DNA from: Octopus bimaculoides
Lineage: Eukaryota
NCBI RefSeq assembly: GCF_001194135.2
Contig: NC_068989.1
Span: 65,825,765-65,889,764 of the forward strand
DNA length: 64,000 bases
Direction of reading: 5' to 3'
The notes under the pieces: model-generated
What the model was told of the DNA's origin: nothing
What the model saw: the letters and a program-made list of their open reading frames with translations, nothing else
Databases searched by the model: none
Position numbers and translations under genes: made by a program
In this document: positions 1 to 15,100 of the stretch, piece by piece
Numbering within the stretch: the stretch's first letter is position 1
Layout of the letters: each line of letters starts with the position of its first letter

Positions 1-84
1 TATTTTGAATTTTGCTGAAACAGGAAACTAGTACATGGATATTCATCCCGCCAAAAGAATTAAATAAACTTCTTGCAAATTCCA

Positions 85-345
85 ATCTTCCTTTTATATC
101 AACCTCGGTCCTGAAACCGCTTCTAGTTCTATAGAACAAAGTTCCTGTTTTTAGGGTGACTAAATGAAAACCCATCGAAATTCCATATTAACTTTTTTCC
201 CCCAAAACTAGCTTAATAATTACTAAGTTGTTTTACTAAATTCAGTATTTCGAAACTGGAATTAATTAATTTATATTCATTAATTCATTTAACTGAAACA
301 AGGACAGTGTATTTCAATAATAATATGACAAGAAAACAGCTTAAT
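85..345. repeat. Decayed MITE-like interspersed repeat (second decayed copy near 17520-17670)
   Basis: Shares degenerate blocks with 17520-17670 (aataattactaagttgttttactaaattc vs taatgacaaaatcattttaataaactc; tgaaacaaggacagtgtatttc vs tgaaacaaagatgatatatc). Termini not resolved. Confidence 0.35.
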
Positions 346-610
346 ATTCTATATCCAGCAATAAAGTCCTAGATATGCAAAGAACAGGATTGTCAAAACT
401 GGAGCGACTTTATTATGATTTTTTCGATTACATCTAATCTGGGACGACATTACAAGACAAAGATTTACTTCCAGCCAAAAAAAAAGAAGAAAAACTTCGC
501 GAAGGCGCGTTACATGAAACTTTAAATTTAAAAATGAATATCCGTATACACGAGGATACGACAACATGCGTATATATACACACACTGACACTCACACGTA
601 CACACACATA

Positions 611-1003
611 TTTACTCTTTTACTCTTTTAGTTATTTCAGTCATTTGACTGTGGCCATGCTGGAGCACCGCCTTTAGTCGAGCAAATCGACTCTCAGACT
701 TATTCTTTGTAAGCCTAGTACTTATATTCTATCGGTCTATTTTGCCGAACCGCTAAGATACGGGGACGTATGTTGGGGGGACAAACACAGACACGCAAAC
801 ATATACACACACATACAAACACATATACTTACATACATATAACGGGCTTCTTTCAGGTTCCGTCTACCAAATCCACTCACAAGGGTTTGGTCGGCCCGAG
901 GCTATAGTAGAAGACACTTGCCCAAGGTGCCACGCAGTGGGACTGAACTCGGAACCATGCGGTTCGTAAGCAAGCTACTTACCACACAGCCACTCCTACG
1001 CCT
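611..1003 (-). mobile_element. tRNA-derived SINE, family A (near full length)
   Basis: Minus strand starts ...gtggctgtgtggtaagtagcttgc with B-box-like gagttcagtccc, has an internal (TG/TA) tract and ends in an aaagagtaaaagagtaaa tail; colinear with the copy at 6381-6824. Confidence 0.85.
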
Positions 1004-1014
1004 ATGTATATGTT

Positions 1015-1410
1015 TTCTTTTACTTGTTTCGGTCATTAGACCGAGGCCATTCTGGGTCACTGCCTAGTTACAGTCATTAGACTGCAGCCATGCTAAATAA
1101 CTATTTCGAAGGTATATTCGAAGAAATCAAACATCAGTACTTGCTCCTCAGAGCTTGGTGCGCATATTATATTGGGTTCTATTTGACGAACCGATAGGTT
1201 ACATGCACATAAGCAAACTGACAACAGTTGTCAAGAGGTCGCGAAGGGGACAAATAAAATGACGAAAACACACACACACATCTACTAAATCGACTCACAG
1301 GTGTGTGGTTGGCCCTGCGATGATATAGGAGACAATTGCCCAAAGTGATATGGGATTGAAACCGGAACCGCATGGCTAGGAAGCAAGCATCTTAATCACA
1401 CAACCACGTA
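1015..1410 (-). mobile_element. SINE family A, older decayed copy
   Basis: Degenerate head (tggttgtgtgattaagatgcttgcttcc) and tail (tttacttgtttcggtcattagaccgaggccat) in the same order as the neighbouring copy. Confidence 0.6.
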
Positions 1411-1524
1411 TTTTAGACAAATGTGGAACAAAAGAGAAAGATGATAATTTCGTCGCGATAGGGAGGATGCATGAACCGCTGCGGATATGGCTTTGTATTC
1501 ATGCGCACATATATACCCAGATAT

Positions 1525-1729
1525 AAGTGGCTATATGGTAGAAGTTTGCTTCCCAACCACATGGTTCCAGGTTCTACCTCACTGAGTGAGACTTTAGGCA
1601 CGGGATTTCTACTATTAACCTCGAGCCGACATTAGCCTAGTGAGTGGTTTTGGTAGATGGAAACTAAAAGAAGCCCATCGTGTGTGAATATATGCGTGTG
1701 TGTGTGTATGTGTATATATATATATATAC

Positions 1730-1773
<44 letters not shown>
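1525..1773 (+). mobile_element. SINE family A, 5' half running into (TG)n and a gap
   Basis: gtggctatatggtagaagtttgcttcccaaccacatggttccagg...gatggaaactaaaagaagcccatcg matches the family A head. Confidence 0.75.
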
Positions 1774-2184
1774 NNNNNNNNNNNNNNNNNNNNNNNNNNN
1801 NNNNNNNNNNNNNNNNNNNNNNNNNNNNNNNNNNNNNNNNNNNNNNNNNNNNNNNNNNNNNNNNNNNNNNNNNNNNNNNNNNNNNNNNNNNNNNNNNNNN
1901 NNNNNNNNNNNNNNNNNNNNNNNNNNNNNNNNNNNNNNNNNNNNNNNNNNNNNNNNNNNNNNNNNNNNNNNNNNNNNNNNNNNNNNNNNNNNNNNNNNNN
2001 NNNNNNNNNNNNNNNNNNNNNNNNNNNNNNNNNNNNNNNNNNNNNNNNNNNNNNNNNNNNNNNNNNNNNNNNNNNNNNNNNNNNNNNNNNNNNNNNNNNN
2101 NNNNNNNNNNNNNNNNNNNNNNATATACATACAAACATATTCATACATTTATAAATATTTACATATATGTATATTTATACATGC

Positions 2185-2245
<61 letters not shown>

Positions 2246-2331
2246 CAGCTGTATGAATGTGTGTACATGTATATATGTAAGAATGCATACAGGTATTAGA
2301 GGAGGGTGAAAACAGCGTGTAAAATGACTGT

Positions 2332-2402
2332 CCAATCTATGACGTCATAATGGCAGCCAGAGAACCATTTTAGTGGTAGTATTTGAGCTACTATATATAA
2401 AG
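2332..2402 (+). promoter_or_regulatory. Candidate Pol II promoter motifs (CCAAT, CRE palindrome, TATA)
   Basis: ccaat at 2332-2336, tgacgtca at 2340-2347 (inside palindrome tatgacgtcata), tatataaa at 2394-2401, in unique sequence. No transcript evidence. Confidence 0.2.
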
Positions 2403-2971
2403 TGCTTATAACGCGAGGTATGAATAAGTAGATTCAAAGTCAAACAATGGAGTAAAATAGATATTTCAAGATTTTACATTTCATATGTCACATACTACTG
2501 AGAGTTGCGTCACTAAAAGCAAAGGTGTATGTGTGTGAGTACAGTTTTGTTTGGCGTGTATTTGGCGTGTGTATGTGTGTGTGTCTTTGCATGTGCACGT
2601 GTGTGTGTGACCATGTGTATGTGCGTACGTTACGTGTACAAGCGGGAGTGAATGCATGTGCTCGCGTGCGTGCAGTTGTACAATCGATCTCATTTGAATA
2701 TGTACACGGTTATAACTTTCTACCTGTTTATATATAATAACCACCTTCTCATGAAAATTTCTTGTATTTTATATAAGCTTTAAAATGTCACACAATTCGT
2801 TGCGTGTGTACGGACACACGAAAACGCACAGATATAGATACAGATATATGTACGTATATGTATACACATACACACACATACACATAAATATAAACATATA
2901 TATATGCACCCTGTATATACTGATACAGAGAGAGAGGGGGAAGGGAGAGAGAGAGAGGGAGGGAGGGAGAT

Positions 2972-3046
<75 letters not shown>

Positions 3047-3453
3047 NNNNNNNNNNNNNNNNNNNNNNNNNNNNNNNNNNNNNNNNNNNNNNNNNNNNNN
3101 NNNNNNNNNNNNNNNNNNNNNNNNNNNNNNNNNNNNNNNNNNNNNNNNNNNNNNNNNNNNNNNNNNNNNNNNNNNNNNNNNNNNNNNNNNNNNNNNNNNN
3201 NNNNNNNNNNNNNNNNNNNNNNNNNNNNNNNNNNNNNNNNNNNNNNNNNNNNNNNNNNNNNNNNNNNNNNNNNNNNNNNNNNNNNNNNNNNNNNNNNNNN
3301 NNNNNNNNNNNNNNNNNNNNNNNNNNNNNNNNNNNNNNNNNNNNNNNNNNNNNNNNNNNNNNNNNNNNNNNNNNNNNNNNNNNNNNNNNNNNNNNNNNNN
3401 NNNNNNNNNNNNNNNNNNNNNNNNNNNNNNNNNNNNNNNNNNNNNNNNNNNNN

Positions 3454-3489
<36 letters not shown>

Positions 3490-6380
3490 GCATTCATACA
3501 CATACGTTGGCATTCTGATTATACGATGCGATGATTTTCCATACATAAAACTAGCAACATTACAGGTTTCTTTAAGTGTATTTATTTTATACTCCGTCTC
3601 GGTCTCCTATCGAGTTATCACCTAGGAATAAACCTTACGTTTTTTAGTTACAGTTGCGTTAGTGAAATCAATGTATATCGGTGATACAGGAGAAGAAAAT
3701 GTAACAATGATACAAATAATATGGTTTCAAATACAACTGACGGTGCTTTTTATAATCACGAACATCATTATGAATCTTTTATGATTATCAGAATACCATC
3801 ACAAATCTGTTTACTAAAATCAAAGGATGACTATTAATCTTTTACCAGGTATCGCTACGGAAATTAAACCAAAAGCGTCCTAGCTATGGACGCAGGGTAG
3901 ATATATGTTGATGGTCATGAAGTTAGTTATGGTTATAGAGATGGTGATGGAATCCTATATTGTTCTGTGAGTGGAGATGTTTTCATTGTATGCTAAAACG
4001 CTGTATTTTATGTTTTCAAACGGTTATTGTCATCAAAATTACTGTCCGAAACATCTTTTAGATGTTAAAAATTTCTGCGCTTATTGAAATCTAAATCCAT
4101 AACATCGCGCCAAACACATGTAGGATAATGAGTTTCACAAGAGATTGAACTTAATGAAAAAAGTTGAAATGTTTTATTCAAATATTTAAAAAACTGTTAT
4201 TAATTTACAAAATTTTGATGTCTAGACGGGAACGTTATAGTGTACGATATTCTATTGGAGACCTCACAATACTCAATTATGTTTCTTTTTAATATCTTTT
4301 TATATTTTGTCATAATAGTGTTCCAGGGTGGCATTATTTTCTCTCCTTTCTCAGCCTTTCTTCCTCTGTCACTAACAACTGTTAATTCTCCTTCTCGCTG
4401 TCTATAGACTTGCCTATAGTAGATAAGAACGGCAAACTTGGTTAGGCCGTAATATTAGAACACACATTATCCGAGCATAACAATCCTCTCTACTGTAGGC
4501 ACGAGGCCCGAAATTTTGGGGGAGGGGCTCGAGACCTGTGAAAAGGTTATGGCAAATGTTTGCAAGTTGACATTTACAGGACTATGTAAAGTGGTAAGTG
4601 GAGGGGGTAAAGATGGGCATAATAGGTGTGACAAGTGGGAAGAGAGGAGAGAGAGAAAGCGAAAGAGAAACCGATGACAGGGAAGGAAGAGGAGAAGAGA
4701 AATTTAGAGATTCTAAACCAGTTTTCATTCCTGAGCATAAATCTTCATTATAAAATTCTGTTGCATCTCTTTGTTTCTGCTGATAATTTTACGATATCTG
4801 TCATTTCCAAAGTACATGTCAATATAAGTGATGCGTATTTCCAGATTTCATTTGTTTATTTACTTATTCGTTTACTTTTTATTTTTTCATTTATATTTTG
4901 TATTTATTACTGACAATTTTACGAGGAGGACAAATATTTACACTATGCTACTAAATTGAATTTCTATTTCTAAAAACAAGTAAATCTTTCAAACTCGTCC
5001 AGTTTCCCTCTTATTCCTGTGCTTTATACGTCTTTTTCTTTTCTGTACCTTCTGTTAACTTAATTCCAAGATTTAATTTATTCCGTTTATTATTTTTCTA
5101 AGTTCCAAGCTATCTGCCTTAAGCTGCTGCCTCAAAGATTGTTCGAGAAATAGTTTCCTTTCAAGACTCCAATGCTTGAAGTAATATTTCGTCGGAGATT
5201 GTCATACTAGGTTTTATTTTCGGTTTCTCTTGAATTTTACAAGTATTTCTTCCCATAAAGGTTAGAGATGAGAAATTGAGAAAATTGTGAGCTTGTGAAA
5301 AACTCATTTAGCCCTCCTACAACATTCTTAGTTCAATATTGCTAGGATCCACTTTGCCTTTGATAACTTCACGATCAATAAAAACAAGTCCTATAAATAT
5401 ATTGGAATCGATAAGCTTAACTTTTGGCCTTCTCACAAGATTTAGATTGTGCCCTTCGAAACAAAATCAATACTTCTATCTAGAAACTCATTGATCTGGC
5501 TAAAATGTTGGTGTATAGGATTAAAAACACTACAGAATTTGTCTCGCCCACATTTTGTGTTCAAATCCTCTCGTAGCTAACTTTTCCTTGCCCGGTTGCT
5601 TAAATGCCACTAATGCACTGAGGGTGATCCAATCGTTTATATTTTCTTTTGTCTCTCGTCAAACACCTGGGTTCAAATCGAACCAGAACCCACACTGCTA
5701 GTATATTGCATTTGATTCAATTGATAATTTCGCTTTCATTGAGAAATCAGTTCATGCCTCGGCCAAATGAAATACATTTATACTTGACGTCATATATTAC
5801 TATTTTCCAAAATGAAATAGCTCAGGCAGAACAAGCACAATTGGGAATCTACAATTTTCGTACGATAGCTACAATACTTTGAAAAAATAAAGATATTTTG
5901 TGGAAAATACTTTCTGCAGATTTTCTGTGTCTTCAGTTTCATATTAAAATTGAAAAGATGAATTCGTGAAATAAATGCCTTCCCTCTGTACTAGAAAACA
6001 ATGTTATAGTCAAAATATCCCTTTTAAATAAAACTGTAAAATTAACTCTGTTTCGCATTTTGCATTCTCTAAACATTTTTATACAATCCCCGATTTAACG
6101 TCAGCTTTACAGCAATGTTGCATTACGTTTTATAGATGAAAACGTACGTTTCTGAAACATTTAGTTAGCTATAACTGATAGCTGTATGATATTGAAATAC
6201 CAATAAATAAATAAATCCCGTAACTTATTTTAATATTAAGCGTTTCAATATTCTTGTCTTTCGTATCGTTTATGTCTATATGTTTTATATTCCAATGTGT
6301 TCATTTATGATTTATAAACTGGAAAAAAGAAACATTCTTTAAAACAGTAGCAACAACTACAAATTTAGTTTTATCTATCC

Positions 6381-6824
6381 TGTAGCTGTGTGGTAAGAAG
6401 GTTGCTTCCCAACCACGTGGTTCAGGGTTCACTCTCACAGCGTAGCACTTTGGCCAAGTGTCTTCTACTGCAGCCTCGGGCCGACCAAAGCCTAGTGAGT
6501 GGATTTAGTAGACAGAAACTGAAAGAGGCACGTCGTATATATATATATATATATATACATGTGTGTGTGTGTGTGTGTATCTACGTGTGCGTGTCTTGTG
6601 TCTGTGTTTGCCCTCCCTCCTGCACGACCACCACGACCTGCTTACGTCTACTTACGTTCTTGTAACTTAGCGGTTTGGCAAAAGAGACCGATAAGATTAA
6701 GTACTAAACTTAAAAAATAAGACCTGGGATCGATTTGTTCCACCAAAACCCATTAAAGCAGTGCTCCAGCATGGCCGCAGTGAAATGACTAAAACAAGTA
6801 AAAGAGTAACAGACTAAAAGAATA
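6381..6824 (+). mobile_element. SINE family A, full length
   Basis: Head gctgtgtggtaagaaggttgcttcccaacc, central TA/TG tract, cggtttggcaaaagagaccgat, 3' gtgctccagcatggccgcag and aagtaaaagag tail. Confidence 0.85.
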
Positions 6825-7373
6825 TAGTTCTTGACGTTCTACATATAATCAACAACAAATAATTCATCACTGTTGATGTAGATCTATTGAAATCATTGAA
6901 GGGTGAACGGGAGTGAAACGTTAGGAATAAGGTCGGTCAGGTAAGTTTGTGCCTTCATTTCAGTAACCAGTGAGCTCGGGAGATTTAATCTTGTGCCGCA
7001 TTAGTATCCAAATGTAATATATAGGGGAACACTCCATATAGGGATAGCACGTTTTTAAAGACACTCAATTTTATAACGCCTTCAATTATATTTCAAAAAG
7101 CCGGTTGCTCACCTGGAAAGCCCTTTTGGCTTGCCGCTTGAAAATCAGTGTCGGAGTGTGACACAACATGGCAGACCGACCTGATTGATGTAGCAGCTAA
7201 ATCTCCCCAATTACTCCCTACCCTTTTGAAAATGTATAATATGATTCAAATGCTCAGTTTCCGATTAGTAGACAAAATCGTTGGTTGTGATCATATATCT
7301 GACTTGAAGCTGAACAGCAACAGAAACAACATAAACAATCGGACCTGACCTCTAATCTGCAGCAAAAGAGAAG

Positions 7374-7780
<407 letters not shown>

Positions 7781-9920
7781 GTTGAGACTCGTAGACTACA
7801 GTGTCTTTGGTGTATCGGATGAAAATACCTTGCAGCATTTGTTGTGGCACTTTATCTTTTGAGTTCAAATCCCGTCAAAGTCAACTTTGCATTTCATTGC
7901 TTTAAGTCGATAAAATAGCGTATTCTATCTAACTAATTCGATATTAAGTTCTTTTGACATTAGATCTCTCAAATCTCCCGACATGTTTCTTTAGTAGAAA
8001 GGATCATTATTATTATTGTTCTTATTATTATTATGATTGCTATTCTGGTTACTGCTTTTGTTATTGCTTGGCCCAAGATCAACCCAGTTCAAGTCAACAT
8101 ATGATCCCTTATCTGTGATTATATCGACCACTCTTCGTCTTCCATGATATCTGAAACTAATTTGACTAATGCATAATTTTGTTTCTGAGAATATAATATG
8201 AAGTTTGAAGGAAATTTGGCTGCTGTTTCTAGAAAACCAAGTGACCGCATAGCCTATTTTTTCATCCGAACACTTTCTTATGCAACAGGCTTGTAAAAAG
8301 CCTCCTTCATTGATTGCTACACTACTGAACTCATCCTCTTTTAACATTCAGCAGTATCATCATACACCGATTATCGCTGCTGACGTGCAAGTCTTTCATT
8401 CGATAATATTATCAAAGTTTTATTTTCTATATCAACGCTATGAATCTTTTTAGAAAGTCAGTCAAGACAGTCAAATTTAATCGATACTAATAGCTCAACT
8501 ACATTACTTGAAATTGGTTCAATGTATTAAGAGACCTCCTGTTGATATATTCGTAACACTACTTTGTAATATTCCACTACTACGTGCTGCTGTTCTTCTT
8601 CAACGAATCAACTTCTCAGTGCTTTAATATTTATCACCCGAAACACGGTATAAATACTCAATCATTTGCTAATTATAATACATTTCGGGTTTCTTATTAA
8701 AAGCATTTGTCTTGGCAAATATCATACATTGTGTTAAAGGCTAAGATGTAATTATGCAAAATGGCATATCTTTAATGTTGTAATATTTATAGAGAAAGAC
8801 ATGCCAATATATGTATGTGTATATGTATTTCTGTATGTGTTTGTGTGTATACATATATATTTATATATATAAGCTAAGATATCTCGATAAATAAGCGTAT
8901 AGATATATATAAACTTATATATATATATATATATATATNNNNNNNNNNNNNNNNNNNNNNNNNNNNNNNNNNNNNNNNNNNNNNNNNNNNNNNNNNNNNN
9001 ATATATATACATATAATAATATTATTAGGGACAATATATATATATATATATGTATATCCATTTATCGGTCCATTTGTTTATCCGTTTGTATAACTATCTA
9101 TCAACCTATCTGTTTCTATTCTGCCTTTTACCCCACCTCTTTATCTTTCTCTTTCGTTATATATATATACCTTTATAATTTAAAATGTATCCGTATATAT
9201 GCATATATGCGTGAATATATATATATATATGTGCAAGTCATTTTAGTGTGCAGATCTTATAGCTGCAAGAACGTGTAAGGGAATGAATGTGTGTGTGTGT
9301 GTGTGTGTAAGTACATTGAAATATTCACATACATGCAAATATATATGTATACACTTGTGTGGTTTAGGATTATTAAACAGATTTCGGTACTCTTCCGAAT
9401 ATTACTTCTGCTTTTATAGTTTACGACTGTTAACAGCTAAGATCTTTCTTCCATAATGAAACACTACCTATCCTTAATCACCAACTTTGAATTCATAACA
9501 ATAACATTTCTTAATATGATACCGTAGTGATATTATTTAACTAATCTAGTAGACCTTATAGTGCAACAGACCTCATAGATGTAAGACTAATTTTGTATTC
9601 TATTGCGATGAGTTTTCGGAGAGAGTTACAATGGTGATGGGTGCTTAAAATGGACATCGTACTTTAGAAATATTTGGCCTGTGTCTCCAACTTAACGTCG
9701 TTGAGAGATAATACACTGCAATATTAAATTTTTATTACATTTCTATGATATGACTCTATTTTTGCGCTTGGTAGTATTACGTGGTTTCTATAAGACGCTT
9801 GGTGGGGAAAGTAACTATTCAGTCAATGAGTTAGCAAGCCATTTTTAACGTCTAAAAGAAGGAAACGAAACTTCAGCATATGTAGTCGTACATAATCATG
9901 AAAGATTGTCATGATCAAAA

Positions 9921-10133
9921 TTCTTTTCTACCCTAAGCACAAGGCTTGAAATTTTGGGGGAGGAGGCCAGACAGTTAGATCGACACCAGTAAGCAACTGG
10001 TATTTAATTTATCGACCCCAAAAGGATGAAAGAAAAAGTAGACCTCAGCGGAATTTGAACTCAGAACATAAAGACACGAAATACCGCTAAGCATTTTGCC
10101 CGGCGTGCTAACGTTTCCGCTAGCACGCTGCCT
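9921..10133 (-). mobile_element. SINE family B
   Basis: Reverse complement of the family B head (aaggcagcgtgctagcggaaacgttagcacgccgggc) and body, ending in a caaaatttcaagccttgtgc-type tail. Confidence 0.8.
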
Positions 10134-10149
10134 TTTTGTCATGATAGTA

Positions 10150-10480
10150 TTGAAATGCCTTTTGTCATAGATCAGTCCTATAAGGAAACGACATTTCAAA
10201 CACTACAGTCGCAGATACCCATAAGAGTTCGGGAAAGTCACGGATAGAATGCCTTTGATCACAGGTCTGTTTGGTAAGGAAATGAAGTTTTACATAAGAA
10301 AATCATAGAAAACCATGCAGAACGTGAAGGTCAAGAATGGAATGCTTTTGATCATAAACCTCATCCGTGGGAGTTGATTTGGCGCTTAACAAAAACATGT
10401 AAAACTGAACAAGTTGGCCACAGAAGGATTGCTTTTGACCGAAGCTTTGTTCAAAGCTGACCTGAAACTAAAACAAAACT
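10150..10480. repeat. Decayed tandem array, period about 87-95 bp
   Basis: Motif gaatgc(c/t)tttgatca recurs, degenerately, at about 10153, 10247, 10340 and 10427. Confidence 0.45.
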
Positions 10481-10673
10481 AGCAGCAACGTAAACAGCAA
10501 CACAATATCAACAGCAGGTATAAGAACAGCAAGAGCGTTAGCAAGAGTAATCATTTATTGAGCTTTACAGTTGTAAAGTGACATTTTCTTATGATAGGAA
10601 AAACGAGAACATAAAATTGCTTTAAAAACTAACAAATGCATTTATCAATAATCAGCTATCTCGAACGCTAATG

Positions 10674-10712
<39 letters not shown>

Positions 10713-10732
10713 TTATGTGTATATTTATGTTT

Positions 10733-10768
<36 letters not shown>

Positions 10769-13700
10769 TTTCAAATATAGCCGAATGTAAATTTGTTGTG
10801 ATTGCATGAGTGATATGCATATGTGTACGAGTGCTTTCATTCACGAACGCATATGAGATTGTATATGTGTGTGTGTGTGTGTGTGTGCGTGCGTGTGTGT
10901 GTGTGTGTGCGAGCGTGCATTTCTTTTTATGCGGGTGTGCATGTGTGTGCGTGTGTATGTGAGTGTGTGTGCGCGCGTGTGTATTATTCCATTTACTTCA
11001 TTCTCAAGTATCTTCATTCTTTTGCATCCATTTTAAACTTACATCTGTAAGGAAATATGCACAGATGTACATAAGTGATTATGGATGCGCGTGAGTGTGC
11101 TGCGTAAATGTTTATGATATACATTCAGTGAGATAATTTCAACATGACCTGACTCCATGCAAGCATTAAATATACTGGCTGGTATGTATGCGTGCGTGCC
11201 TCCACGAATCTATAAATCTATAATCACCAAGTGTGGATGTTTCTAGATTCTCCATGATCATAATATATAATTATACTCATTGATAACATTATGCTCTCCC
11301 GTGAGAGTAAGAAGAGGTGAAAACGGCACTTGACCTGCACAGTGTAGTAGGCTGAGATTTATTCCAGTATGTTTTGATGAAGGATTCTACTCACAAATAC
11401 GGTTTCCGCTTTGTCATCACAGAACCGAGTAAAGAACACGAATGATAGGCAAAGATATTTAAACAAAATGGTTGAGGAGAAATACTTAAGGAGAGCGTAC
11501 TCTCCTTACAGAATAGAAATAATGGAGGGTCTCGTTATTTGTGATATATTATTTGTCATATATATGTAACATTTCAAATATTTGATTTAGAAAGACTATT
11601 CTATGAGTGTTTATAATTTAAAAGTAACAGGCATGGAAAATAACTGCAGTAAGATCAGTTGATTGGATTATTTTGACAACAGAGGTAAATAGACTTGAGA
11701 GAAACTACTTTTTAAAAAGATAATTGTTGAAAAGAACAGTGAGGTCTTTTTTGTCATTAGGCCTGCTCAGTGGAATATAACCTACTCATGCATTCACACA
11801 TGCATACAAGCATACAGAGACATACACGCACATAGGCATTGACACACACACGCACACACAGACAAACATATATGTATCTATGTGTGTGCGTGTGTATGTG
11901 TGTGTGTGGGGGTGTTTGTTATTGTGCCAAGTTATGTATAAAAATAATTTTACTTAAAACTGAAATATTGCACAATGCATTTTAGTAGAATACATATTTA
12001 TTCATATTAATTGCTGCATGGAAAAGTATTGACAGTGACTTGGAAGTTTCAGCTTGCTCGCCGTCATAAATCACGTGACAGCCAGCCAGCTCTAAACTTT
12101 GAAGTCACTGTTATCTTTTACTTGATAAAAATCAGTATATATTTATATATATGTATGGGTATGCATAGGTCTGTGTACACACATGCACACACACATACAC
12201 ACACACACTCATATATATATATACACACACACACACACACTCATATATATATATATATATATATAATTAAGGTGGCTAGACGCAATCTTAATCCAAAAAG
12301 GAAATAATTTTTCATCACTAAAAGTGACCACAAGTGCAGTGACCATCGGCACAACCTTTTTAGCTATATGATGCACGTGTTCTATACCAATGTGTATTGA
12401 TGTGCATTAAGGGAATTTAGGGAGGAATTTAGTGATGCAATAATAAAATATCAATTAAATATCTGAAGGAAGAGCCCAGACATTTTCATGCATAATAAAT
12501 ACTTATCAGGCTGGAGTCTTCTTCAATGAAAATATTCAATGGAATAAATTCAACCAGTTACAATTAGTAACAAACATTTCCTGTAGGTGTGTTTAAAATC
12601 TAAGAACAAAAACGTTTCTAAAAAGTGTTATTGTCTGGATGATGAGCAAATATTAGAAAACGGGCATTTTAAAATGAGAACTCTATATAGAAACTATAAA
12701 GGAAATATATAATCGTATTTTCTTGTAGTAAATTTAATAAATCTTCAAAATTAAATAAAAATAAAGTGGCTATGCTTTTGTCATAATAACTTTATAAATA
12801 TGATTAAATATATAATGTCTTTTTGCTTCAACGGCAACCATTTATTTTTGAGAATATATTCGACTTGTCTGCTTTAGTTCGTTCTAGACTCTAAAATGAA
12901 TATTTATTTCTCATCATACCATTTGACATATTAGTTGTTTTTATTTCTTTCGACTAACCAACAGACCGTCTTAAATCGCCATTTTCCAAATGCGTATATT
13001 GTATATTATTTTGCTTTGGGTGATGTCATTTTTCACAATGTTTTACAAAGATAAGTTATTGATTAAAACAGGAAACTTATGCTATGTATTTACTCCAACG
13101 AAGATTCTTAATGTTATATTAAATTTCTTTCAAACATATAATAGTTATGTTAAACTAGCAGTATCCATGGAAATTCCACTGTTATTTTGAAAATCGTAAG
13201 ATGAATTATAAATTTTCTGATACATTTGATTGTGGAGATGGTGAGTATTTGTAGCATATAAATATTACAACTAGAGCCGTTTCAGGTGTACATGTACATT
13301 ATATATTTCGTATAGTCCGGTATTTAATTTTAAAGCTGTTTCAAGAGTATATATTAATTTAATTCTAGAGATATTTCACACGAATCAATGAATATTTTAA
13401 GAATGAATACGCCATTAATAAATGTTTTGTATACTGACTTCTATACCAGAATAGCTTGGTTCAGGAGATTCGAAGTATTTATCGCAAAAGAAATCAAATC
13501 AGGTCACACAACGTGTCCGGCGATACACCAGCGTTTTGATGGAAGCCGTGTATTTTTAGTACACAAGACTCTTCAGCAAATTTTAATTCGACAACAATAC
13601 TAGAAATAATCTATTTTAAATGTAACAATTGTCCCTGTAGTAGTTGCGACGCTTGGAACAGAACATAAACTGATACCTAAAAAGCTGAATGATAAGAAAA

Positions 13701-15100
13701 TGGAGGGGATTAATAGCTGGTATTCATCAACATATAGTGACAGAAAATATCATTTTTATAATTACTGATATGACATATTATGTCACATGTGTTTGTATAT
13801 TGTTATTATTGCCATTTTAGTAAATAAATAAACAAGCAAATTGACACAATATAATGTCTGCAAGTTGAGGAATATACAGTGACCAGGTAATTAGATTCTA
13901 GGATCAAGCATGCATTGGTTGATTATTAGACGAAATGTTTGGCACTAGTACATGGTTACAGCAGAAAATTATTTAAATTTTCTATTTCGTTTTATAAATA
14001 CTTTCTACTTCCATTGTTCAAAGTTTTAAAACTATTGAGGCATATTCGCTGATGTGGTTGTTGATGTTAAAATAGATGCCATTGTTGCTGGAGAAAGTCT
14101 TATCACTTCATTTTGTTTTGTGAGGAGACATAAAGAAAATAATAATTTAAAACAGGAAATCTTTTGGGATAAACAAAGTAAAAAGATATTTTACGCTGAC
14201 AGGTAAAACAAAGAGAGATTTATGGACATTCTGATTTCAACAACATTCTGAGTGATATCGACTGTTATTTATTAAACTACTTGCATAGATAACGCTCTCC
14301 TCTGAATAGTAACTACACGAGATCTCCCAACATTCAGAATAAATATAAAGAAAGCAAACAGTATGACTTCATCAAGATTTCCTGAAAGATAAATGAAGTA
14401 TCCCTAAAGCAATGAATAAATGCATACTCAACTCATAAGCGGCAATGAATTACTCAGAAAAGTTCACCAATGAAAACAGAAAACAACAATGACGATATGT
14501 AATAATATTCTCAGATTTTCAAATTATATTCTTAGTGAAAATAATATTCGTATAAAATAATGATGTTAATTTTTCACCATATTTAATCGTTGCTGTGGTT
14601 GCGTTGGTGGAATTATTAGTGGTAGGAGCAGTAGTTTTGTTATCCCCATCGCCGTCCTCATAATCATCGTTATGAGCATCAGTTCCAAAGATGACGTTGT
14701 TTGTACTACCATTAATCATATTTTCCCTAATTAGATAGATATATATATACTTACATGCATACATACACACACACATATCTATGTATATATATTTATATAC
14801 ATATATGTATATACATATAATTATATACATATATGTATNNNNNNNNNNNNNNNNNNNNNNNNNNNNNNNNNNNNNNNNNNNNNNNNNNNNNNNNNNNNNN
14901 NNNNNNNNNNNNNNNNNNNNNNNNNNNNNNNNNNNNNNNNNNNNNNNNNNNNNNNNNNNNNNNNNNNNNNNNNNNNNNNNNNNNNNNNNNNNNNNNNNNN
15001 NNNNNNNNNNNNNNNNNNNNNNNNNNNNNNNNNNNNNNNNNNNNNNNNNNNNNNNNNNNNNNNNNNNNNNNNNNTATATATATATATATATATATATATA

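Noticed and set aside
5330-5600. Possible GIY-YIG coding remnant
   Set aside because: Better explained as decayed family B SINE fragments in both orientations.
7110-7219. Minus-strand open exon candidate (VGSNWGDLAATSIRSVC...)
   Set aside because: Weak acceptor, no partner exon or recognisable homology; similar isolated candidates (near 3660-3830, 14260-14370, 53900, 54840-54950, 56669-56932) are equally unsupported.
11487-11508. 9-bp hairpin as a terminator or Helitron 3' end
   Set aside because: No U-tract or downstream CTRR; a hairpin this size is expected by chance.
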